From positions 3,136,001 through 3,200,000 of the forward strand of contig OY762069.1 in NCBI GenBank assembly GCA_963665095.1: DNA of 64,000 nt, read 5' to 3'. This DNA comes from an uncultured Desulfobacter sp. (GTDB taxonomy: Bacteria; Desulfobacterota; Desulfobacteria; Desulfobacterales; Desulfobacteraceae). The translations under genes and the position numbers were made by a program. The notes below the pieces were generated by a model. The model saw only the letters and a program-made list of their open reading frames with translations. It had not been told where the DNA came from and did no database searches. Positions 43,033 through 52,647 of the stretch are shown piece after piece; positions within the stretch are counted from its first letter, which is position 1, and the number at the start of each line of letters is the position of its first letter.

Positions 43033-46000
43033 TTATTTGCTGCCTTCTATAAGATTCATATCCAGCCCCAGAGCGTTGAGCTCTTTAATCAGAACCCTGA
43101 AAGATTCGGGCATTCCAGGTTCAAGGACGTTCTGGCCTTTTACAATTTTCTCATACATACGGGTCCTACCAGTCATATCATCAGATTTCACCGTCAAGAA
43201 CTCCTGAAGTGCATGAGCCGCACCATAAGCTTCCATGGCCCAAACTTCCATTTCACCCAGTCTCTGGCCGCCAAACTGGGCCTTACCACCCAGAGGTTGC
43301 TGAGTGACCAAAGAATACGGCCCGATGGATCTGGCATGAAGTTTGTCATCGACCAGATGGTGGAGCTTAAGCATGTACATGGTGCCCACTGTAACCGGCT
43401 TGTCAAAAGGCCTTCCGGTACGGCCGTCATAGAGAACGGACTGGCCTGAAGGGTCACTGTCTGACATCTCAATCAGCTCCTTGATCTCTTCCTCGGTCGC
43501 CCCGTCAAAAACAGGTGTAGCAGTGTGTACGCCTTTTCTGTAAAGCGTGGCAAATTCCACCAGCTTTTCTTCATCCATGGCGTCAATATCACGAACAATA
43601 ACATCGTCAACCAAACCTTCTCGCTGCTTCCGGGTCAGGGAAAATACCTGCTTCACTTTATCCCGCAACGCATCAAGCCGCTTTTCTTCCAGCATGTCAT
43701 CAATCTGCTGCCCCAGTGCATAAGCAGCACGTCCCAGATGAATCTCAAGGATCTGACCGACATTCATACGGGAGGGAACACCCAAGGGGTTCAGTACCAT
43801 ATCAACAGGACGGCCGTCTGCAAAATAAGGAAGGTCTTCAACCCTTAAAATTCTGGACACAACACCCTTATTTCCGTGCCGGCCGGCCATTTTGTCACCA
43901 ACGGAAAGCACCCGTTCCATTGCAACGGAAATTTTGATTAACTTTAGAACACCCGGCGGCAGATCATCGCCTTTTTCAAATCTTGATACCTGACGGTTGA
44001 AATGCTCCCTGGCCTTTGTAATCTGGTCCTGAGCCTGCTCCAGTATCACCTGAACTTTCTCAGTTAGTACGGCATCTTCAACGGCGACATTCACCAGAAC
44101 TGAAATCGGTACTTTGGCAAATAGCCCAGTCGTTACTTTTGTGCCAGCTTGAGCCAAAACTTTGCCATTACGATCCAGATCACTGAGAAGTTCATGTCCG
44201 CTAAGCAGAGTCTCCACTTTTTCTCGACCAACTTCTGAAATAATCTTTATTTCATCATCCCGGTCTTTTTCAAAACGCTCAATCTCTTCGTCCTCTATTT
44301 GCCGAGTTCTGTCGTCCTTAGGCAGACCACGCCGTGAGAACACCTTGGCATCAATGACTTTTCCATGCACGCCGGGTGGCACACAAAGGGAGGTATCTTT
44401 TACGTCACCGGCCTTTTCACCAAAAATAGCCCGAAGCAATTTTTCTTCTGGAGAAAGTTGAGTTTCACCTTTAGGTGTAATTTTTCCAACCAGAATATCG
44501 CCAGGTTTAACCTCGGCACCTAAGCGTATAATCCCGCTGTCATCCAGATTTTTTAATGCCTCTTCTCCTACATTGGGAATATCCCGGGTAATCTCCTCCT
44601 TACCCAGTTTGGTGTCACGGGCCAGAACTTCAAATTCCTCAACATGAACCGAAGTGTAGACCCCGTCCTTAACCAGGCGCTCAGACACCAAAATGGAATC
44701 CTCATAATTGTACCCGTCCCAGGGCATGAAGGCAACGGTGACATTTTTTCCAAGCGCCAGCTCACCCAGTTCTGTTGATGGGCCGTCTGCTATGACTTGC
44801 CCCTTTTTAACATACTCATTTTTTTCAACAATGGGCCTGTGGTTAAAGCAGGTGTTCTGGTTGGAACGGACAAATTTGGTGCAGTTATATATAGATACAG
44901 CTTTGGTAAATTTAGGATCCTCACTGTCATCATTCCGAACAACGATACGTTTAGAATCCACGTCCACAACCACCCCGTCACATTCGGCAACAATGGTAAC
45001 ACCGGAATCTCGGGCCACAACCGCTTCCATTCCTGTTCCCACCAGCGGTGCTTCACTCTGGATCAGTGGTACAGCCTGACGTTGCATGTTAGAGCCCATC
45101 AGTGCCCTGTTGGCATCATCATTTTCAAGAAACGGAATCAGGGAAGCAGATACCGATACCAGCTGATTTGGGGACACATCCATAAACTTAATCTCTTCAG
45201 GGGCCACCATTTCAAATTCACCGGCCACCCTGGCAGAGACTGTGGGATTAACAAAATTACCGTCCGCATCAAGAGGTGCGTTGGCCTGAGCAATGGGATG
45301 ATCCTTTTCCTCAAAGGCACTTAAATGCTGAATTTTTTTACTTGCATTGCCTTCATTTACTAACCGGAACGGGGTCTCAATAAATCCGAAATCATTCACC
45401 CTGGCGTAAGTACATAAGGAGACAATCAGCCCAATGTTAGGACCTTCAGGGGTCTCAATTGGGCAAATTCTTCCGTAATGGGAGGGATGAACGTCACGTA
45501 CCTCAAACCCCGCGCGTTCACGAGTCAAACCGCCGGGACCCAATGCTGACAAACGCCGCTTATGGGTAGTTTCAGATAAAGGATTCGTCTGGTCCATGAA
45601 CTGCGACAATTGCGAGGTGCCAAAAAATTCCCTTACTACAGCGGAAACAGGTTTAGGATTGATCAGATCATGGGGCATCATGGCATCCACTTCTTGCATA
45701 CTCATCTTTTCCTTGATGGCACGTTCCATGCGTACAAGGCCAATGCGGTAGTGGTTTTCCAAAAGTTCACCGACGGCTCTAACCCTGCGGTTGCCAAGGT
45801 GATCAATGTCGTCAACCTGCCCCTGGGTATCTTTGAGTTCAATAAGGGTAGCAGCAGTCAGGAGCACATCCTCTTTTCTCAAAGTTTTTACATCAATTTT
45901 TGTATTAACCCCAAGGCGATGATTCATTTTCAGGCGGCCCACCTTTGATAAATCATAATACGCCTGGCGAAAAAACAAATGGTCAATGAAATCCTGGGCG

Positions 46001-47160
46001 ACTTCAATGGTTGCAGGATTACCAGGCCGTAACCGCCTGTAGATATCCATTAAAGCTTCTTCTTTGGACTCAATCTTATCAGACACCAGGGTCTTTCTCA
46101 TGGAATCTGAACTACGGGAGTCCACATAAAGAATCTGAAATTCATTGATTTGATTTTCTTCAAGCAACTCAAAAGTGTCTTCAGCAATGGTGTCACCGGC
46201 TTTAAACAGAAGTTTTCCCTCATCCCCGATGACGTAGCTTGTAGCAAACCCTTTACCAATAAGCTCTTCATCAGATATAGGAATAAAATCTAAATTTTCA
46301 TCTGCAAGTTGTTTCAATGCTCTTTTAGTAAAAATTCTGCCGGCTTTAACTACAACCTCGCCAGACACAGGGGATTTAATATCATAGCCCGCCCTTTGAC
46401 GGACAAGGTTACCCGGAATGAACTCCCTAAAAAACGAACCGTTCTTGCGGATAATTGTTTCCTTGGTATAGAAAAAATCCAGAATATCTTCACCAGTATA
46501 TCCAAAAGCTTTAAATAGGATGGACACAGGAAATTTACGCCGACGATCGATGCGGATGTATACTATATCTTTTGCATCAATCTCCATGTCAATCCATGAC
46601 CCGCGCACAGGAATAATTCGGGCATTGTATATAATCTTGCCCGTGGAGTAATTTTTCCCTTTGTCATGATCAAAAAAAACACCCGAAGACCGGTGCAACT
46701 GGGATACCACCGCACGTTCCGTTCCGTTGATAATAAAGGTCCCTCTTGGGGTCATCAACGGAATGGTGCCAAAATAAATCTCCTGTTCTTTAATGTCCCT
46801 GATGGTGGACACGTCTGTGTCCTTATCATGGTCATAGACGACAAGCCGAACCCTGATGTTAACCGGAATGTCATAGGTCATTCCACGGCTGATGCATTCC
46901 TGCATGGAATGCTTGGTTTCCCCAAAGGAATAGGAGACGTATTCAAGGGATGAGGTATCTGTAAAATCCTTGATGGGAAATACAGATTTAAAAACAGCAT
47001 GCAACCCCTTCTCCTCTCTGTCCTGAGGAGGGACGTCCCTTTGAAGGAACCCTTCAAAGGAATCCCTTTGCATCCCGATCAGATCCGGGATATCTATAAT
47101 TTTTCGTTTACTGCCAAACTCTTTTCTAATACGCTTGTTCGTCAAAAGACTTCCGGTCAT
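43033..47160 (-). CDS. rpoB: RNA polymerase subunit beta
   Basis: [30 protein letters not shown]; likely start ATG 47160 after GGGAG. Confidence 0.98.
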   Translation of the reverse strand: MTGSLLTNKRIRKEFGSKRKIIDIPDLIGMQRDSFEGFLQRDVPPQDREEKGLHAVFKSVFPIKDFTDTSSLEYVSYSFGETKHSMQECISRGMTYDIPVNIRVRLVVYDHDKDTDVSTIRDIKEQEIYFGTIPLMTPRGTFIINGTERAVVSQLHRSSGVFFDHDKGKNYSTGKIIYNARIIPVRGSWIDMEIDAKDIVYIRIDRRRKFPVSILFKAFGYTGEDILDFFYTKETIIRKNGSFFREFIPGNLVRQRAGYDIKSPVSGEVVVKAGRIFTKRALKQLADENLDFIPISDEELIGKGFATSYVIGDEGKLLFKAGDTIAEDTFELLEENQINEFQILYVDSRSSDSMRKTLVSDKIESKEEALMDIYRRLRPGNPATIEVAQDFIDHLFFRQAYYDLSKVGRLKMNHRLGVNTKIDVKTLRKEDVLLTAATLIELKDTQGQVDDIDHLGNRRVRAVGELLENHYRIGLVRMERAIKEKMSMQEVDAMMPHDLINPKPVSAVVREFFGTSQLSQFMDQTNPLSETTHKRRLSALGPGGLTRERAGFEVRDVHPSHYGRICPIETPEGPNIGLIVSLCTYARVNDFGFIETPFRLVNEGNASKKIQHLSAFEEKDHPIAQANAPLDADGNFVNPTVSARVAGEFEMVAPEEIKFMDVSPNQLVSVSASLIPFLENDDANRALMGSNMQRQAVPLIQSEAPLVGTGMEAVVARDSGVTIVAECDGVVVDVDSKRIVVRNDDSEDPKFTKAVSIYNCTKFVRSNQNTCFNHRPIVEKNEYVKKGQVIADGPSTELGELALGKNVTVAFMPWDGYNYEDSILVSERLVKDGVYTSVHVEEFEVLARDTKLGKEEITRDIPNVGEEALKNLDDSGIIRLGAEVKPGDILVGKITPKGETQLSPEEKLLRAIFGEKAGDVKDTSLCVPPGVHGKVIDAKVFSRRGLPKDDRTRQIEDEEIERFEKDRDDEIKIISEVGREKVETLLSGHELLSDLDRNGKVLAQAGTKVTTGLFAKVPISVLVNVAVEDAVLTEKVQVILEQAQDQITKAREHFNRQVSRFEKGDDLPPGVLKLIKISVAMERVLSVGDKMAGRHGNKGVVSRILRVEDLPYFADGRPVDMVLNPLGVPSRMNVGQILEIHLGRAAYALGQQIDDMLEEKRLDALRDKVKQVFSLTRKQREGLVDDVIVRDIDAMDEEKLVEFATLYRKGVHTATPVFDGATEEEIKELIEMSDSDPSGQSVLYDGRTGRPFDKPVTVGTMYMLKLHHLVDDKLHARSIGPYSLVTQQPLGGKAQFGGQRLGEMEVWAMEAYGAAHALQEFLTVKSDDMTGRTRMYEKIVKGQNVLEPGMPESFRVLIKELNALGLDMNLIEGSK

Positions 47161-47191
47161 GATATCTCCCAATGTGAGTTTTTCCAACCGT

Positions 47192-47225
47192 AAAAGCGGA
47201 GACATGGCACTGGCCTTGCCCCCGC
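47192..47225 (-). terminator. rplL-rpoB attenuator-like hairpin
   Basis: GCGGGGGCA..TGTCTCCGC stem followed by TTTT, at the position of the E. coli beta-operon attenuator. Confidence 0.6.
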
Positions 47226-47270
47226 ATATAGTTTGTGCACAAACAGCATGTACCGATCAGCTATGCAAAA

Positions 47271-47663
47271 CTATTTTACAGACACCTGAGCGCCGGCGCT
47301 CTCAAGCTGTTCTTTAATTTTTTCTGCTTCTTCTTTGGTAACGCCTTCTTTAACAGCTTTGGGGGCCTCCTCTACGAGTGCTTTGGCTTCTTTGAGGCCT
47401 AATCCTGTAATAGCCCTGACTTCCTTAATGACGTTAATCTTTTTATCTCCGATGGTTTCAAGAATTACGTCAAACTCAGTTTTTTCCTCAGCGGCCGCTG
47501 CGCCTGCATCGCCGGCCGCAGGCATTGCTCCGGCAGCAAAAGCAACAGGTGCAGCTGCAGAAACACCAAATTTATCTTCAAGTTCTTTAACTAGTTCGGA
47601 CAATTCAAGAACACTCATGTTCGCTATAAATTCAATAACATCATCTTTTGTGATATCAGCCAT
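47271..47663 (-). CDS. rplL: 50S ribosomal protein L7/L12
   Basis: [16 protein letters not shown]. Confidence 0.98.
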   Translation of the reverse strand: MADITKDDVIEFIANMSVLELSELVKELEDKFGVSAAAPVAFAAGAMPAAGDAGAAAAEEKTEFDVILETIGDKKINVIKEVRAITGLGLKEAKALVEEAPKAVKEGVTKEEAEKIKEQLESAGAQVSVK

Positions 47664-47731
47664 TTTTATTCTCCTGAATGATACGAGTCATCAAATATCG
47701 TATTTAATCTAAAGTTTTGGTTTTAATTAAC

Positions 47732-48256
47732 TTATGCTGCGTCTTTTTGATCTTTAACAGCATTAAGCACATTGAGAAAAGATCTGGGTACGCCAGACAG
47801 TACATTGACCAGATTAGTAGGTACTGCATTGAGCGTGTATACCAATTTAGCCAGCAGCTCTTCTTTGGACGGCATCTTAGCCAGCTGTTTGACTTCGTCT
47901 TCGGTTAACAGCTTTCCGCCAAGAGCTCCACCTTTAAGCTCAAGTTTATCGTTATTTTTCAGAAAATCGACAATAACCTTGGCCGGTGCCACCGGATCAT
48001 CCTGGGAAATGATGATCGCATTAGGTCCCTTAAAAAGATCTGTCAACACCTCAGAGGCCGTTTCTTTTACGGCGAGTCTCATCAAGGTGTTTTTAACAAC
48101 CTCCATTTGCGCACCGGCATCACGAAGTTTAGCACGAAGTTCAGTCACCTGAGATACAGTCAATCCCTTATAATCTACTAAAATAGAGATTTCCGCCTCG
48201 GCGAGCTGCTTTGTAAGCTTTCCAACCAGTTCTTTTTTTTGAGATATGTTCAGCAT
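47732..48256 (-). CDS. rplJ: 50S ribosomal protein L10
   Basis: DYKGLTV, VVKNTL, MPSKEELLA. Confidence 0.98.
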   Translation of the reverse strand: MLNISQKKELVGKLTKQLAEAEISILVDYKGLTVSQVTELRAKLRDAGAQMEVVKNTLMRLAVKETASEVLTDLFKGPNAIIISQDDPVAPAKVIVDFLKNNDKLELKGGALGGKLLTEDEVKQLAKMPSKEELLAKLVYTLNAVPTNLVNVLSGVPRSFLNVLNAVKDQKDAA

Positions 48257-48323
48257 TTTTTACACCTCCTTCCTTAAAAAATAGTGTCGAAGGTGCCAAC
48301 GAAACCAAAACAAAATTTATTTT

Positions 48324-48386
48324 CTGTCTCGGCAGGCCGGCAAATCCGATTATGCATAAAAAATATGCACCTACTGTCTATGACAG
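48324..48386 (-). promoter_or_regulatory. L10 ribosomal leader (L10/L12 autoregulatory RNA)
   Basis: Minus strand CTGTCATAGACAGTAGGTG...TAA...CCTGCCGAGACAG matches the L10-leader core, upstream of rplJ. Confidence 0.8.
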
Positions 48387-48431
48387 GCTGAGGTATGCCT
48401 GAAAAATCAGACAAACCTTTATTAAATCAAC

Positions 48432-49124
48432 TTATTTGATCAACAGGGGATCGACCTTGATGCCAGGCCCCATGGTTGATGAAACGCTGATTGATTTCAT
48501 ATAAGTCCCTTTACTTGCTGCAGGCTTGAGTGAAACAATTTTATCAAGAAAGGCAGTTACATTTTCAAATAACTTTTCAGCGCCAAAGGAAACTTTTCCA
48601 ACAGGAACATGCACAATACCAGCTTTTTCAACCCTGAAATCAATTTTACCGGCTTTGAGTTCATTTATTGCCTTTGCCAGCTCAAAAGTTACGGTGCCTG
48701 TTTTTGCGTTAGGCATAAGGCCTCTAGGGCCAAGGATACGACCAAGCTTCCCGACTGTCCCCATCATATCTGGGGTAGCGATTGCCTTATCGAATCCAAA
48801 CCAGCCGTCTTTGATTTTTTCAACAACTTCATCAGTTGCAATAAAATCCGCCCCGGCATCTAGCGCTTCCTGTTCTTTCTCCCCCTTGGCAAAAACCAGA
48901 ACTTTCACTTCTTTACCCAACCCGTTAGGCAAAACAACAGTGCCACGGACCATCTGATCTGCATGCCTCGGGTCCACCCCTAATCTTACGGCAACATCTA
49001 CAGTTTCGTCAAATTTTGCATAACTGGAAGAAACAGCAATTTCCAGGGCATCTTTAGGCCCATACTGAAGGGTTCTATCAACCTTTTTCAGTGCTTCGTT
49101 GTGTTTTTTACTCCGCTTAGGCAT
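48432..49124 (-). CDS. rplA: 50S ribosomal protein L1
   Basis: [21 protein letters not shown]; start ATG 49124. Confidence 0.98.
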   Translation of the reverse strand: MPKRSKKHNEALKKVDRTLQYGPKDALEIAVSSSYAKFDETVDVAVRLGVDPRHADQMVRGTVVLPNGLGKEVKVLVFAKGEKEQEALDAGADFIATDEVVEKIKDGWFGFDKAIATPDMMGTVGKLGRILGPRGLMPNAKTGTVTFELAKAINELKAGKIDFRVEKAGIVHVPVGKVSFGAEKLFENVTAFLDKIVSLKPAASKGTYMKSISVSSTMGPGIKVDPLLIK

Positions 49125-49148
49125 TTTTATCACTCTTATACTTTAAAG

Positions 49149-49571
49149 TTAAACGACTTCTATTCCCATACTCTTAGCTGTACCTTCGATAATTCTAACG
49201 GCAGCATCTATATTTGAAGCATTTAGATCTTCTTTTTTAGTCTGGGCAATCTCAATGACCTGATCCTTGGTTACCTTACCTACCTTCTCCCGGTTAGGTT
49301 CCCCAGAACCCTTGGCTATCTTGGCTGCAGCCAGCAGTAATCTTGATGCAGGTGGAGTTTTGGTAATAAAAGAAAAAGACCTGTCCTGGTATACGGTGAT
49401 GACAACCGGAATAATCTGGCCGGCATCATTGGTAGTCTTGGCATTAAACGCCTTGCAGAAATCCATGATATTAACCCCGTGCTGCCCAAGTGCCGGACCA
49501 ATGGGAGGTGACGGATTAGCTTTACCTGCTTCAACTTGAAGCTTAATTTGCGTCATTACTTTTTTTGCCAT
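49149..49571 (-). CDS. rplK: 50S ribosomal protein L11
   Basis: [26 protein letters not shown]. Confidence 0.98.
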   Translation of the reverse strand: MAKKVMTQIKLQVEAGKANPSPPIGPALGQHGVNIMDFCKAFNAKTTNDAGQIIPVVITVYQDRSFSFITKTPPASRLLLAAAKIAKGSGEPNREKVGKVTKDQVIEIAQTKKEDLNASNIDAAVRIIEGTAKSMGIEVV

Positions 49572-49606
49572 TTTAATACTCCTGAAACTCTTAATTCTTA
49601 ATCCGG

Positions 49607-50137
49607 TTATATCTTGGTAACCTGTATAAAGTTCAGCTCGACCGGAGTCGCCCGACCAAAAATACTGACCAGAACCTTTACCTTTTCCTTGTCTGGAGAG
49701 ACCTCTTCCACAGTGCCGTTAAAATTGGAAAAAGGCCCGTCCACCACCCGAACTTCATCACCTGGCTCAAAATAATACTTAGGCTGAGGTCTGTCTTTAC
49801 CCTGCTCCATCTTATCTATGATGCTCTGAGCTTCTTTGTCTGATATGTGAGCAGGTTTATTTTTACCGCCAAGAAAACCAGTCACCTTTGCTGTGGAACT
49901 GACAATATGCCATGTCTCATTATCCAAATGCATGCGAACAAGAATGTATCCTGGATAAAATTTTCTGGAAGATTGTCTTTTTTTTCCATCAACCAACTCA
50001 ATGACATTTTCTGTAGGAATTAGGATGTCCCCGAATTTTTCCGGGTGCTTAGAACCCTGAATCTTCTCTTCCAGAGCAAGCTTTACTTTTTGTTCATGAC
50101 CCGAATAAACGTGTACGACATACCATCTTAAAGACAT
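49607..50137 (-). CDS. nusG: Transcription termination/antitermination factor NusG
   Basis: [30 protein letters not shown]. Confidence 0.98.
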   Translation of the reverse strand: MSLRWYVVHVYSGHEQKVKLALEEKIQGSKHPEKFGDILIPTENVIELVDGKKRQSSRKFYPGYILVRMHLDNETWHIVSSTAKVTGFLGGKNKPAHISDKEAQSIIDKMEQGKDRPQPKYYFEPGDEVRVVDGPFSNFNGTVEEVSPDKEKVKVLVSIFGRATPVELNFIQVTKI

Positions 50138-50157
50138 CTTAAATTTTTCCTTGAGTT

Positions 50158-50508
50158 TTAAGTAAGAACAACCTGGACAAGTTTAGAAAGGCTGTAATCA
50201 AAAACTCCCAGAAATGCAGCAACTATAAATACAAAAATAATTACGACTACAGTCGTTCCAGTTGTCTGCTTTCTCGTCGGCCAGACAACCTTTCTTAATT
50301 CGACTTTTACTTCCCGGAAGAATTCTGTTGTTCTGGAAAAAATATTTCCCACCCCCGGCTCTGTTACCGACTTCTCAGGCTTTGCTGACTTGACAACAGG
50401 CGAAGGCTTTGCCAGAGACGCCGATTTTACAGAATCGGAAGCATCAATTGTTTCAGATAATTTTTTCCGTTTTTCCCCTTGGGGCCTTTTTTTCTGTAAT
50501 CTTGACAT
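50158..50508 (-). CDS. secE: Preprotein translocase subunit SecE with long hydrophilic N-terminus
   Basis: EVKVELRKVVWP plus single TM helix; upstream of nusG. Confidence 0.93.
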   Translation of the reverse strand: MSRLQKKRPQGEKRKKLSETIDASDSVKSASLAKPSPVVKSAKPEKSVTEPGVGNIFSRTTEFFREVKVELRKVVWPTRKQTTGTTVVVIIFVFIVAAFLGVFDYSLSKLVQVVLT

Positions 50509-50564
50509 ATTCCACCGATTAGTTACCTCCTGACCGATATCTATCAGGCAGGAGGTTTATTAAG

Positions 50565-50641
50565 TGGCAGGTCAGGAGGGAGTCGAACCCCCAACAGCCG
50601 GATTTGGAGTCCGGAGCTCTGCCAATTGGAGCTACTGACCT
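50565..50641 (-). tRNA. tRNA-Trp(CCA)
   Basis: Cloverleaf; anticodon arm CCGGA-CT-CCA-AA-TCCGG; encoded CCA end. Confidence 0.97.
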
Positions 50642-50651
50642 GCAGGACAAC

Positions 50652-50810
50652 CTATTTTATTTTTGTTTCTTTGTGGACCAGATGTTTATTACAAAATTTA
50701 CAGTATTTTTTAAACTCTATCTTGTCCGGAGTTTTTCGTTTATTTTTGGTCGTCGTATAATTTTTTCTCTTGCACTCTGTACACGCAAGAGCAATAAGGA
50801 CTCTGTCCAC
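50652..50810 (-). CDS. rpmG: 50S ribosomal protein L33 (zinc-binding)
   Basis: [29 protein letters not shown] start. Confidence 0.96.
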   Translation of the reverse strand: MDRVLIALACTECKRKNYTTTKNKRKTPDKIEFKKYCKFCNKHLVHKETKIK

Positions 50811-50931
50811 TTTAAACCCCTCAACATTATTATTCAAATTGTAATACTGTCACTATATATCATAGTAGCAGGCAGAAGTAAAAATTGCTTATTTTATTTA
50901 TAACCGCACAGATAGACAACTTAATATATAA

Positions 50932-51008
50932 TGGAGCCCATGACCAGAATCGAACTGGTGAACCTCTTCCTTACCAAGGAAGCGCTCTACCGACTGAGCT
51001 ACATGGGC
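50932..51008 (-). tRNA. tRNA-Thr(GGT)
   Basis: Cloverleaf; CTTCC-TT-GGT-AA-GGAAG; CCA end. Confidence 0.97.
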
Positions 51009-51052
51009 CTATACGCCATCTAATCTGTTAAGCATATGAAGAAGACTGTGAA

Positions 51053-51128
51053 TGGAGCGGGAGACGAGGTTCGAACTCGCGACATTCAGCTTGGAAGGCT
51101 GAAGCTCTACCAACTGAGCTACTCCCGC
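51053..51128 (-). tRNA. tRNA-Gly(TCC)
   Basis: Cloverleaf; TCAGC-CT-TCC-AA-GCTGA; CCA end. Confidence 0.97.
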
Positions 51129-51212
51129 TTATGATCAGACTAAAATTAGTCAATCAACCAAACCGACCATGTAGTCCCAGCAATCTATCAATAAGATCTT
51201 CTACATATGTTT

Positions 51213-51297
51213 TGGTGGTGGGGGGAGGATTTGAACCTCCGAAGGCTGAGCCGTCAGATTTACAGTCTGATCCCTTTGACCACTCGGGAACCCCACC
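51213..51297 (-). tRNA. tRNA-Tyr(GTA)
   Basis: Cloverleaf with long variable arm; anticodon GTA; CCA end. Confidence 0.97.
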
Positions 51298-51309
51298 CAA
51301 GCTAATTAC

Positions 51310-51385
51310 TGGAGCCGATACCCCGAATCGAACGGAGGACATTCTCATTACAAGTGAGATGCTCTACCAACTGAGCTATATCGGC
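51310..51385 (-). tRNA. tRNA-Thr(TGT)
   Basis: Cloverleaf; TCTCA-CT-TGT-AA-TGAGA; CCA end. Confidence 0.97.
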
Positions 51386-51423
51386 AAATCCTTGCTACGA
51401 CACTTCCGTAACAAAACCGCGTG

Positions 51424-51452
51424 AATATATCAGAAGATTTTTCCCATAGCAA
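51424..51452 (-). promoter_or_regulatory. Stable-RNA-type promoter of the tRNA operon
   Basis: TTGCTA-N17-TATATT with extended TG, upstream A-tract and GC-rich discriminator CACGCGG. Confidence 0.7.
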
Positions 51453-51687
51453 CCTTTTTTTTTAAAAAGAATTACCCAATAACAAAAATTGAATATCTTT
51501 ATCATATTATGGATCGAAAGTTGATACACTCGTAAAAAGTCAGAGCCCACAACGAGCCTGAATTTTTGAATTTACAGATCAGTTTTGACCATATGATTAA
51601 AATTACTTAACATGTTAAAATTGTTTTGTATTCCCAATTTCTCTTTGACATTAAAAAAGCTGCGTATTGCTGCCAGAAACAACTCCC

Positions 51688-51928
51688 CTAAGTCTCCTTT
51701 ATGCAAGCTGAGCGACTTCTGGGCATTAGCATCTCTCAAGAGATTGATCCCCGCTGTACCTAACCACGAGCCCACTGCCTGGAGGCCTTGAAATTTTTAT
51801 CGTTTCACCCCGGTTTGTCGATCATATTCGGACATTGTCGCTTCCACGCCAGCTCGCCCACTGATATCTATCTTTAAATTCATCTGTCTGTTCATAAGCT
51901 ATTCTTAGGGCAACCCTTACAGACTTAG
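51688..51928 (-). ncRNA. Candidate large structured ncRNA of unrecognised class
   Basis: Terminal helix CTAAGTCT/AGACTTAG enclosing nested long-range helices and hairpins; no convincing ORF; G-U pairs favour the minus strand. Confidence 0.55.
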
Positions 51929-52003
51929 CCGTTTATATATTGTTGGCCTATTTTCCCTCGGTTTTACCGGCAATCTTTCAGTTGAGGGCAGCCCATTCAT
52001 ATA

Positions 52004-52267
52004 TTATCGGGGAAACCTTGGGGAATCCGTCCTGAAAACCAGGGCATACCCTTTCGGGCAGATCATGGTCAGCCCATCTGCCGAATAAAAATTTTCAACA
52101 TAGGCAGGCATCTCAAAAAGACTACGGATTCCAGCGGACGGTTTTTGGGCTTCAATCCTTATGAGTTGTTCCATGGTGACTCCCAACAAGATCTGAGAGT
52201 AATCATAACTTGGCTTTTTTTCAGTTAGATTTCCTTGAGCAGGTCTTTTTTTTGTGTTTTTTGCCAT
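52004..52267 (-). CDS. Hypothetical small protein
   Basis: 87-aa ORF from ATG 52267 (MAKNTKKRP...) filling an otherwise empty gap; no motif recognised. Confidence 0.45.
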   Translation of the reverse strand: MAKNTKKRPAQGNLTEKKPSYDYSQILLGVTMEQLIRIEAQKPSAGIRSLFEMPAYVENFYSADGLTMICPKGYALVFRTDSPRFPR

Positions 52268-52647
52268 CTTGTTCCAGTGGGGATATCTCTTTTTCAATTG
52301 TTTTATTATAATACGTCTGATATTTTCTGTGCCTAAAGCCCTCTATTTCTGTGTATATTTTTTGATTTGATCATTAAAAATCACACGGTTACGCAATTTT
52401 TTTTAAAAAAACATATTGAAATTAAAACAAATTCAATTTATCTAACTTTGTATAATTGTTTTCAACACCTTTTGTAAACCAAATAGATATAATCTATATT
52501 ATTTTAAAACTTTTCATCTACATTTTTTTATGTTAATTATTTCAAAACGTACTAACTATAATAGTTCCACGAATATTTATTGACATTCCACGTAATCTTA
52601 ACTATCGAATGTATATGAATTTTTTACAGCTAGCGACAAGGAGAAAA

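Noticed and set aside
45540..45620. RpoB SETTHKRR variant in the rifampicin-resistance region
   Set aside because: Key rifampicin-contact residues (Q, D, H, S) are canonical; a single substitution cannot be interpreted.
51131..51424. ORFs across the tRNA cluster
   Set aside because: Chance reading frames through tRNA genes.
51572..51775. 67-aa minus-strand ORF overlapping the candidate ncRNA
   Set aside because: GTG start without a convincing SD, no motif, and it begins inside the structured region.
51688..51928. Identification as RNase P RNA, tmRNA, 6S or a c-di-GMP riboswitch
   Set aside because: No GAGGAAAGTCC/ACAGAA core, no tRNA-like ends or tag ORF, not a single rod with a central bubble, and no GEMM core motif.
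52300..52600. Very AT-rich tract as replication origin or foreign DNA
   Set aside because: No DnaA-box array or mobile genes seen; adequately explained as a divergent promoter region.
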